This document shows positions 39,101 to 51,100 of a stretch of 64,000 bases of DNA, piece after piece. A model generated the notes under the pieces. The model did no database searches and was not told the DNA's origin. It saw only the letters and a program-made list of their open reading frames with translations. Source of the DNA: Malacoraja senta (taxonomy: Eukaryota); the NCBI GenBank assembly GCA_038087875.1, contig CM075997.1, forward strand, positions 2,172,001-2,236,000, written 5' to 3'. Each line of letters opens with the position of its first letter. Positions within the stretch are counted from its first letter, which is position 1. The translations under genes were made by a program, and so were the position numbers.

Positions 39101-42100
39101 AATCTGTTCTTGTTCCATGTTCACTTTTCAGTCATGAATCAGAGATTCTCCTGAGCAATTTGCATATTCCCTTATGAGGTTGAGGTACAGCACTGGGCTG
39201 TAAAGTTAACACACTGACCCCACACAACTGTCATCCAATTTAACTTTGCTAACCTAGACACCTCAGTACAGCACTGCATTTTATTCAATGTATCAAGGAA
39301 ATTCTTTATTTCTTTTTTGAAAATACCATAATCATAGGGTTGTGCCTCCACACCTCACTTTGCATGTTAACTTTGTGCAGGTGGCAGTCTTACTCCGCAC
39401 TCTCACGAAAGCCCTCGGGGCCAGTTCAACTAACTTTGAGAGTTGGAGGATGATTGAGATCATAAGGCCGACTGGACTCGAGGAGCAATAAGGAAAAAAA
39501 TTGACCCAGTGGACAATTAAGGAGAAAACAAAGATTCAGCTGAGCTCCTTTGACTCAACACTGATCCAGAATCAAAGCTGGCATGTTTCTTTAAAATGTC
39601 GCTCTCAATTTCAAAATTTGGTATTTCATTGCACACTTGTGTGTGAAAAGACCTTGGTTTTGTTAGACAAAAATACAAAATGCTGGTAGCTCAGCAGGTC
39701 AGGCAGCATTCCTGGAGAATGTGGATAATGTTTTGGGTCGGGACACTCCTTCAGACAGACTGACAGGGGGTGGGGGAGAGATAAAAGAAATCTAGAAGAG
39801 ATTCTTAAAAAACTCTTTAAAATAGCCGAGTCAGGGGATATGGGGAGAAGTCAGGAACTGGGTACTGATTGGGGATGATCAGCCATGATCACATTGAATG
39901 GCGGTAAGGGCCAAATGGCCTACTCCTGCACCTATTGTCTATTGTGTATTGTCTAAGAGAGGGAAGGGTCAGGCCAAAGCATGGCAGCAATATGCAAAGA
40001 TCTTTGGTAATATGTAAACAGAGGTGAGGGGAGAGGAGGGTTGGTGCCTGAGCCGCTGAGTTACTCGAGCATTGCGTGTCCGTTTTTGCAAACTACCATC
40101 TGCAGTTCCTCGTTTCTACTTCTTGGTTATGTTAAATGAAGAAATAGACAGTCTCTGCAGAATCTCACACCCAACAGATGATTTACTGCTGTGTTTCCAG
40201 CTTGGGCTGTGCAGATATGCTACGTGAATTTAAATTTACGATAGTTAAAGTTGGATTACAAAATAGGTTGTTTTAATTTAACAAACTGACGGTTAAACAA
40301 AAATAACCTTAACCAACAAGCACTGCCATACGCTCTGTAATTATCATCCTCTTGCTGAATCTTATTAAAAATTCCAAGTTATGTCTAGTTTCTTACCACA
40401 GATACTCTCAGGACTCCCTCTACTGATGAAAACAGCAAGTACAGCAGGCCGATGCCAACTACTTGATATGAAGTGGTTCCCAGCCGAGGCCTGTTTAAAT
40501 GGCAAAGAATATTTAATTACACACACTATCTAACGTCCACTTCCACAAATTACCTTGTGCTGAAGAAAAGCCTAACACAGGACACCATTCCGTCAGAGTG
40601 GAGCACTGTGTCGGAAGGAACTGCAGATGCTGGGTTAAACAGAAGATAGATACAAAAAGCTGGAATAACTCAGTGGGTCAGGCAGCATCGCTGGAGAAAA
40701 GGAATAGGAGCGTCTCGACCCCAAACTTCAGCTATTCCTTCAGAAGAAGGGTCTCGACCCGAACGTCACCTATTCCTTTTCTCCAGAGATGCTGTCTGAC
40801 CCGCTGAGTTACTCCAGCATTTTGTGTCTATCTTCTGTTTAAACCAGCATCTGCAGTTCCTTTTGACACATGACACAGGAATGACCTCTTTTCTCTTTAT
40901 CCATTTTACCTACATAAACATCAGCATGCTGTTGGAAGGAAAATTAACTCATGTTTCACAATCTCCAAGATAGCTTTAGAGCCGAAGAACATTTGAAATA
41001 TAGTCAAAGTTGTAATGTAAAAAAAATGGCAGTAAACTTGTGCACAATGACTGGTAATGAGGAAAAAGATAATGGCCAGGAAATGTGTTTCTCACTGATG
41101 TGGATAGATAAGAAACATTGACCAGTAGATATTCTACTTTCACCCGACTGGTCAAATGGACATTTGGTTTTTAATGTCCCATTTAAAGTTTAGAAGAATG
41201 AGGGGGGATCTCATTGAAACATACAGAATAAGGGGAAAAAATATTCTTATACCAATGTAAAGCACTTTGGCCAACGAGAGTTGTTTTTTAAATGTGCTAT
41301 ATAAATAAAAATGACTTGACTTGACTTGAGAATAGTGAAAGGCCTGGATAGAGTGGATGTGGAGAGGATGTTTCCATGAGTGGGAGTCTAAGACTAGAGT
41401 GCATAGCCTCAGAATTATAGGACGTTACTTTAGAAAGGAGATGAGGAGTCATTTCTTTAGCTAGAGGGTCTGTGGAATTCTTTGCCACAGAAGGCTGTGG
41501 AGGCCAAATCAGTGCATATTTTTTTAAGGCAGAGATAGATAGATTCTTGATTAGCACAGGTGTCAGGGGTTATGGGGAGAAGGCAGGAAAATGGGGTTAG
41601 GAGGGAGAGATAGATCAGCCAAGATTGAATGATGGGGTAGACTTGATGGGCAGAATGGCCTAATTCTACTCCTATCACTTATGACTTTATGACCTAAAGG
41701 CAATGGTACTGGGAATCGTCAGCACAACAGTGGCTAACCAGACGAGATGGCCTTAATCTCAGGACTTTTACCTGCATCCTTGTGACACAGAGGCAACAAT
41801 GTGGGATTATGGCCCGATTCTGGCCTCACTCTGTGCAGTTATCCAGTGTTATTCACAGCTGCTTAGACTGGAAAACACACCTCATTTCCCACACTGCCAA
41901 TACCAGCTGCTAAGTACCAAAGCCAATTTTAACACTCAAGGGTAATATCATAGAGGTTTTATAAAATGATCAGGGGCGCAGATAAGGTGGATGGGTCAGA
42001 CTTTTTCCTCCAAGGTCGGTGAGATAAAAAAAAAAGAGGGTATGGATTTAAGAAGGGAGGGGAAAGATCTAAAGAGGATCAGAGGTTCTGATTTTTCTCA

Positions 42101-45100
42101 TGAAAGTGATGCTTATATAGAAACATACAAAATAGGTGCAGGAGGAGGCCATTCGGCCCTTCGAGCCAGCATTGTGATCATGGCTGATCGTTCCCAATCA
42201 ATAACCCGTGCCTCCTTCTCCCCATATCCCTTGATTCCACCAGCCCCTAGAGCTCTATCTAACTCATATGTAACGAGTTGCCAGAAGAAGAGGGAGAGGT
42301 GGGAACATTTAAGACATTTGGACAGGTACATGAATAGGAAAGGCTGAGAGGGAAGTGGGCCAAATGAATGCAAATGGGACTAGCTCAGATAGGCACATTG
42401 GTCGGCATGGATAGTTTGGGATGGGCCCGTTTCCGTGCAGTATAACTAATAACACCCCTTGCTCTACCAACGCATCAATCTGACAAAGATAGAGATTGAA
42501 AGTCTTATTTTCATAATATCATATCTTTTCTCATATTCCTTTGACTTAGCTGGTGGTCATTTGGCCCACTGAGTCTATGCTAGCTCTAAGAGCAATCCTG
42601 TCAGAGCAACCTATTCTCATTCACGTGCCCAACAACTCCAACATGGCCCCACTATTATGCACCTAAATAGGAGCAATTTACGGTAACCACTTACACTCGC
42701 AGGCAGCACTGCTGAGGGATGAGGAAACTGGACCACCAGAGCAAACTGAGGCACTCATAGGGAGAATGTACACACTGCAAGGACCAGCGTGAATTCATAA
42801 GGAATTAAGGAATAGGAGTAGAAATAGGCCATTCAGCCCATCAAGTCTCCTCCACCATTTAATCATGGCTGATCTACCACTCCTTCCTAACCCCATTCTC
42901 CTGCCTTCTCACGATAACCTCTGACACCTGTACTAATCAAGAATCTATCTATCTCTGCCTAAAAAATATCCACTGACTTGGCCTCTACAGCCTTCTGTGG
43001 CCAAGAATTCCACTGCTAAAGCTTTAAGACAGCAGCAACACCTGTGGCATCATTTAACTATCCCAGAGGCATCCCCGAGGCTGCTTGGCTCAGTTCTGCA
43101 GTGCATGCCAGCTTTAATGTGCACGGCAAACTCAAGAGAAACTCAGGAAAACACCTTACTTGACTATTCCGTAACCAAGTGCAGCGATAATGACCAGTAT
43201 CCGAGCAAGGGTGCGCTTCACGGCCGACAGCAGCTCTGCAAAGACCACTGCCCCATGAACTGCAAATGAAAAGCAGGGTTTAATTCACAATATTTAAGAA
43301 CACAATGTTTACTAAACTACTCTCTTGCACCAATCCTCCATGCTAGCTCACGTCATTTAAAAAATAAAATCCAGCATTAAAAAATGAATACAGATGGTGT
43401 AAAATCAAAGACATTTTTAAAGTTCATTTTTATCCCGTGCTCCTGAGCCATTATGGATTTGTGATGGTGGCTGGACCAATAAATGCTTCAGTTCCTGGAG
43501 CATTTATTCAGCCCCTAATTGTCACCCTTGTTCATCGAACCACATCTGAAACCTTGCAGCTTTCAGCAAAGCACCCAAGAATGGGCGGCTATCTGGTTTC
43601 ATCTTTCCTCGGCCACTGAGGTCCAAAGACAAATCCATTTTTGTCAAGATCAAGAAATGGGACATATAGGGATGACGGTCGTTTAAGAAGGAACTGCAGA
43701 TGCTGGAAAATCGAAGGTAGATAAAAATGCTGGAGAAACTCAATGGGTGAGGCAGCATCTATGGAGCGAAGGAAATAGACGTTTCGGGTCGAAACCCTTC
43801 TTCAGACAAAGTGTATGCAAACAAGGGTTTCGACCTGAAACCCGACCCATTTCATTCGCTCCATAGATGCTGCCTCATCCATTGAGTTTCTCCAGCATTT
43901 TTGTCTACCTAGGGATGAGAGTTATCACCTGATACACAACATTGTAGTCAATACAATGAGTGGGAGCCCTGGTTGCTTAACATCCACCCACTCCACTTCA
44001 GAACCCAACCAAAATTAACACTGCAGATTTGCTTGGAAAAGATATATACCTGATACACCCAGCCGTGAGATACTTTGGAATTCTGCATAGAAGACTGCTT
44101 TTTCCAGCATTCCAAGCAAGATGATCCCTCCAATCCAGAACTGTATCCTCAGCAAATCCTTCCAGTAGCAGGCTAACAGGAGGAGCCAAACCAGACTGTA
44201 GAGCACGTAGATGATACACATCACCATGTAAAACTGCAGGAAGATAAACAGCAAGTCAGGCTGTATGATCCAACCTATGTAACATATTAGGCACTTGGGA
44301 CAATTAACACCATGCACACAACATAAGCTGTACGGAAACAAAATGGAGTAGGAAATATCTCAGGATTGCGTTTTAACGTCTGTTGTAGTCTGCTTATGAA
44401 TTTATTGGTGGCCATCTTGTAATTCCTTCGGGTCACCGCATATTTCTGCGTCCATTTGCAAATGTGTGCACAGAAAACCTGACTGCCCTGATGATAGATT
44501 TGTTCGGTTGGATCTTTGCAAGCAAATCTTTTAATGTTTGGCTTTTACTGTTCAGCTGTGATTTTTCCATCAATTCAATTTTTAGTTCATTGAAATAACC
44601 CGATGGAATTAATTATCCCCTAAATCAATGTTGGTAAACCTTCTGAACCTTGTAGTCGGCAGGGCAGTATCGCCAACTTGGACAATTTTACATTTATACC
44701 AAGCCAATTAACCTACAAACCTGCACGTCTTTGGAGTGTGGGAGGAAACCGAAGATCTCGGAGAAAACCCACGCAGATCACGGGGAGAACGTACAAACTC
44801 CATACAGACAGCACCGTAGTCGGGATCGAACCCGGGTCTCTGGCGCTGCATTTTGCTGTAAGGCAGCAACTCTACCGCTATGCCACCGTGACTGCCCGTA
44901 ACTGCAGCCCATGAGGCTTGTGCAAAACTTACGATCATTAGTGGCCATTGCGAGGCAGAGATGTATCCATAGGGTCCTACCATTTCCACTTCTACTGCAA
45001 AGAGATAAATGATAGCAATCAATACAGAGGCCAGGGTATGAAATAGGCTTATACAAACATGCATATATTGAGGCCACGTACTCATTCACACATTGAACAC

Positions 45101-48100
45101 TCCCATTATTATTTGCTCTGGAAAGTTTTATGCAAACATTATTGACCTGGGCAGCACATTACCCCTCATCAAGAATCTATATCAACAGGTGAGATCTGTA
45201 GCAAAATTTAGTTATAACATCTGAACAAAAGAAGCCACAGTGACGGGAGGAACAAGGACACCAGCAAGTGAGAAAATAAAATGCTGTCACACAGTCTTAC
45301 GTAAAGACTATCTACCACATAACCAAAACGTGGGACTCAAAAGGCAGGCCTTTGATGAGCTGGTATCACCATTTCATAATGTGCACTCTCTACACCATAT
45401 CTGGTTGGAGCGATGATACAAATATTATTTCTTATAGAAACAAGGAAATCTCGATGCTAGGTTACAAAAAAAGACAAAGTGCTGGACTAACTCAGCAGCT
45501 GAGGCAGCATCTGTGGTGAAGATGGATAGATGATTCAGGTTGGGACCCTTTTAGGTAATTTAAACCACCCCTCCCTCTCGACCCCCCCCCCCTCCTTTCT
45601 TCTCTCTACCCCCTTCTCTCTCCTGTGCCCTACCTGGACTTGCACCTATTTCTTCCCTCCCCCTCTCTTTCCACCCAAATTCTTTTCTCTACCTTCACAA
45701 CTCGCCAATCCTTTTGTCTCACACTTTCACCTTTTCATTTCTGCAAATCACCTTCCTATCAAAAACGTACCTCACCGACATCCACCTATCACTTGCCAAG
45801 CTTTGTTTTGTTCCTTCTCTCTTCCAGCTTCTACCACCCCCCCACCACAATCAGTCGGATGAAGGGTCCCGAACCAAAAAAAATCACTCACTCAAGATCT
45901 CCAGAGATGCTGCCTGACCCACCGAATCAGTCCAGCACTGAGTCACTCCAGTTGTTCATGCTTCCCAGATTTAGTCCCAGTGGTCGTTCACATGCAAAAT
46001 AATACTTTATACCTTCCACTTTATCACAAAGCCAGGTGTAAATTTATGTAGCCAAGAAACAAAATGGTACTGAAAGCCTGCCATCACCTTAATAATACTT
46101 CACATCTTGCCTCATCTACCAATTCCTCTATTCCAAACAGCAAAGAGCCTTGAAAAACAAAATTCTCCCAATTTTTGCAATCAATTGATTATGTCCCATT
46201 CTGCTTTCCCAGTTTTTAGCTTCACAAAAGATAAAGATTGTGGGCCCAGGCACAATTGTTGCTCTTGGTTACAAGAGACAGTGGTTGTGGACTGTAAAGG
46301 TAAAATGATTTCTTCAATACAAGCCCATTCCTCTGTAGCCTGCTTCTGCCTTGTTTGAAATATCAATGTAGTGCATTATTTTACTGTTGTACTGGGAACC
46401 TACAATTTAGATTCCAATTTCTGTTTCCAGGGGAGTCAACCAATGGCTTTTTGACTTCAATGATGAAAAGGTATGGAGCATCCTCCCAGGTCTTTGCCAC
46501 GGAGTCCCGTAAAACCTGTCAACAGAAAGGAATTGAAAACAAAATCAATTCACTGTCAGCAGACTTGAACAATTTAGAATTCATCTTTAGTTTGGTTTAG
46601 AGATACAGTGCGGAAACAGGCCTTTCAGCCCACCAAGTCAACACCGACCAGCGATACCCACAGATTAACACAAAGCTGGGTGGCAGTGTGAGCTGCGAGG
46701 AGGTTGCTATAAGGCTGCAGGGTGACTTGGATAGGTTGGGTGAGTGGGCAGATGCAGTATAATGTGGATAAATGTGAGGTTATCATGCACTTTTGTGGCA
46801 AGAACAGGAAGGCAGATTATTATCTGAATGGTGTCAGATTAGGAAAAGGGGAGATGCAACGAGACCTGGTGTGCTTGCACACCAGTCACTGAAAGTAAGC
46901 ATGCAGGTACAGCATGCAGCGAAGAAAGCTAATGGCATGTTTGCCTTCATTGCGAGAGGACTTGAGTTTAGGAACAAGGAGGTCCCACTGCAGCTGTACA
47001 GGGCCCTGATGAGATCGCACCTGGAGTATAGTGTGCAATTTTGGTCTCCAAATTTGAGGAAGGACATTATTGCTATTGATTCAAGGGAGAGTTAGATTTA
47101 GCTCTTAGGGATATGGGGAGAAAGCAGGAACAGTGTACTGATTTTAGATGATCAGGCATGATCATTTGGAATGGCAGTGCTGGCTTGAAGGGCCGAATGG
47201 CCTACTCCTGCACCTATTATTTTTCCCTATGTTTCTACCAAAGACTTAAAGATGCGTGCTCTCCAATGGTTGATAACAAGAAAGTTGAAAAACGTACTGG
47301 ATGTTTGATTACTCTGCTGGTCTTATTTATCTTTCGATCTTCATTCGCTGATGGTTTGTTAGCTTTCTGGAAAAAAATGCAAAGATTATTGTTTGTCGGT
47401 ATTTGCCGATGTTTCTTGACAACTTGAAGAAGCCACTTTACTGTACCTCAAAGATTTCTCATCTAAACCACCCTTAGAGGAAATGGCCCAGCAAGTCTTG
47501 TGTTGCATATACCGAGGACCCACTGAGTACTATAACGAAAACAAAAAAAAACAAAAATCCAAAAAGCTAGAGACAAGGAATTGCAGATGCTGGTTTACAA
47601 AGAAATACACAAAGTGCCGGTGTAACTCAGCAGGTCAGGCAGCATTTCTGGAGAACATGTATAGATGACGTTTCTTCTACAGAAACGTTACCTACCCATG
47701 TCCTCCAGAGACATTGCCTGACCTCCTGATTTATTGAAGCAGTATGTGACTTTCAATCAAAAAAGCTAGTACTTTTCTTACACTACAAAACAAACATCCA
47801 ATCTGGCCCACAGGTAAATTCAATCCTTTACTGCACAGGGTTTACTTTTCATATCTTTGAAAGAGGTCAAACAAGTTCAGGGCTATAAATAAAGCCTTGC
47901 CAAGTGTCACATATTTCAAAATCAAATTAAAAGGAGAGTAATACTTCTCGCATTTTAGCTGTTGCAAGTTGATTCAGTGATTGCCTCTGTATCGAGTGAT
48001 TCAAGTGAGAGTCAATAGGTAATAGTGCAGGACACCAAAAGGTGATCAATCCAAAGGAGAAAAGAACTTGCATTGTAGGAACAAGTAGGCTACAGAAGGT

Positions 48101-51100
48101 TAGATTTTAAATGAGGAAAATGGGAAGGACGAATGTTTGATGTAGCCCCAGTTGGTCTCTGGTTTTCAGAACTGAATGAATAAATGAAAAGTAGTAGTAG
48201 GCCCCCCTCAGTCATGACTGACCATGGGTGATGCATCTTGGTCGGATGCAAGCCTGGGCGATGTCATATGGAGGACAGGCTGTTGCCCATGCAGCACGTC
48301 CCCCCTCTCCACGTCGTTCAGTGATCCAAAGGAACAGCAGGGCCGTTACAGTTTGGCTCCAGCGCCGTCGCAGGAGCTGCCAGAGCGAGGTTGTAGACAA
48401 CGACGAACTGCCTTAGGAGCTCCGACTCCGGATTTTCTTGAGGTTTACTCCTGGAGCTTTTTCCACGACTGGATATGGCCACAAGGCAGTGGAGGTTTTA
48501 AATCAGAGTTTTCCCTCTCCTAGATGGACTGCGTTCTCAGGCTGACGAGCCCTATCGGCCCGAGACTCGTGGGGGCGGGAGCATCTACCTTCCCGTGCAG
48601 GTCTATAGCACCTGCCCACTGCCCAGAAATGAATGAATGAATGTTACTTTATTATCACACCGATGCAATTGTAAAGAAGGCACGTCAGCGACTCTACTTC
48701 CTGAGAAGATTACGGAGATTCGGCATGTCAAAGAGGATTCTCCTAAACTTCTACAGGTGCATGGTAGAAAGCATTCTGACTGGTTGCAGCGTGGCCTGGT
48801 TCGGCAACTTGAACGTCCAGGAGCAAAAAAAACTACAAAAAGTTGTGACCACTGCCCAGTCCATCACCGGCTTTGACCTCCCCACCGTCGAAGGGATCTA
48901 TCGTAGTCGCTGCCTCAAAAAGTCAGTCAAAATCATCAAGGGCCCACACCATCCTGGCCACACACTTATCTCACCACTGCCATCAGGAAGAAGGTACAGG
49001 AGCCTGAAGACTGTAACGTCCAGATTCAGGAACAGCTTCTTCCCCACAGCCATCTGGCTATTAAACACAACGAATAAGCTATAAGCTCTGAACTGCAAAA
49101 GATTATATTATTATTTACACTATATTTGTTATTTATTGAACTTTTTCTTTTTCCCCCCATTATATACAATGTTTACATATTCACATATTCTGTTGTGCTG
49201 CAGCAAGTAAGAATTTCATTGTCCCGTCCGGGACATATGACAATAAAATACTCTTGACAAGTCACAGTGCGATTCGTGTTTTGCATACCCAAGGTATGTA
49301 TAGAGTCACCACATAAAGGGTGCTGACAAAGGTACAAAATATTCCATTTAGGTTCAACTTCATTGGAAGTTTCAATTCCAACTAATCGAGGTATAAGTGA
49401 GCAGTAAAAAGATAATTTCAGACAGTGTGAAGGATAAAACATAAATATAATGGAGTCAATAACCTGGAGGAAGATACATAAGAAAATAAGTAACAAAGAT
49501 TAGGGAAGATGTTCGAACTTCCTCCGATAGATTCTGTAAACACATCTGCGCCAAATGGTGAACAATTTCCCCCCACAGCTTAGCTTCTAATACCAAATAA
49601 AATCTTCACATTTTCACTTTAAGTTATTAAACAGATTTAATTAATTTTTGAATTGATAATCAATATTAAAAATCATTTTCATAAAGATTCATAAAAAAAT
49701 ATCTTGCTGAAGAGATACCCTAAATATCCATGACAGCATCTTTAGACAGTACTCACACCCATGGACCGATGGTATCGGAAAACATATTCCAGAGGAGATC
49801 TCGGCTTAATATTTGCTCTGGCCCATGATTATACTGCATAATAATGCTAAATAAATACCTGATATTGTTTATAAATACATTATGCACACAAGTCATACCT
49901 TTCTGCTGGCTGCCTCTCTTTTAGACATTGGTTTGGGATTGGGCTCGGGTTCAGGTTGAATGTCCTGCAAAGAATCATTTAAAACAACATTTACTGGAAG
50001 AATTACCGCATGCAAAATGTCACATGGCACAAATGACAATTTGATCAGCCAGTTGAAGCAGTGAGGAGATGAGCTATTTAAACCGCAGTTCAGTTTACAA
50101 TTTATAAAGTAGTCAACTGGCAGAGTAAGAAGGGTAAAGCAGATAGATTAGTCAATTTTGTATTTATGCTTTTACATATATAGCTTTGAAGCATTTACAT
50201 TGTAGTGGCATAGACATCGACATCTGGGCGGCACGGTGGCGCAGCGGTAGAGTTGCTGCCTTACAGCGAATGCAGCGCCGGAGACCCGGGTTCAATCCTG
50301 ACTACGGGTGCTGTGTGTACGGAGTTTGTATGTCCTCCCCGTGACCTGCGTGGATTTCTCCGAGATCTTTGGTTTCCTCCCACACTCCAAAGACGTACAG
50401 GTATGTGGGTTAATTGGCTTGGTAAATGTAAACATTGTCCCGAGTGGGTGTAGGATAGTGTTAATGCGCGGGGATCGCAGGTCGGCGAGGACCCGGTGGG
50501 CCAAAAGGGCCTGTTTCCGCGCTGTATCTCTAAACTAAACATCCATCGTGGAGCCTAAAATGGAACATCAGTACCAACGTCCCTGGGACACCTAGCTCCA
50601 CATTTCATTGGATTTTGTAGGTGATTCATAAAAAGATGCTTTTATTCCATTGAACAACAGACATTTTCAGAACTACAGACATGAGAAGAACAGATTTCAA
50701 AAAAGTTACAACATTAATAAAACACTAGCATAATGACATCAATTGGAGAACTCAGCAACTTATTAAAAACTTTTTATTACCGGAGTCTCTTTTTTCAATA
50801 GCTCTGGTTGGTCAAATAATTTTACTTGTAGCTGCAAAAGAATTCAAACAGATGTATTCAGAATTGTATAAAACATGCTTGCATATACAGTGCCCTCCAT
50901 AATGTTTGGGACAAAGAGCCATCATTTATTTATTTTCCTCTGTACTCCACAATTTGAGATTTGTAATAGAAAAAAAACACGTTTGCCAAGAAGCACTGAC
51001 CCTAACCCGAAAAAGGGACCACATCACCCCGATCCTGGCCTCTCTCCACTGGCTCCCTGTGCGGTTCCGTATACATTTCAAGATCCTCCTCTATGTCTAC

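Noticed and set aside
39394..39473. Possible third alternative exon between exons 12 and 13a
   Set aside because: In-frame TGA in phase 0, no U12 donor and no similarity to 13a/13b
49757..49833. Exon-like block between TMEM87 exons 6 and 7 (cag...gtgagt)
   Set aside because: 77 nt frameshifts the ORF, the pyrimidine tract is poor and the upstream intron would be only 65 nt; unsupported without reads
50226..50310. tRNA-like sequence
   Set aside because: Head of a multi-copy V-SINE, not a tRNA gene
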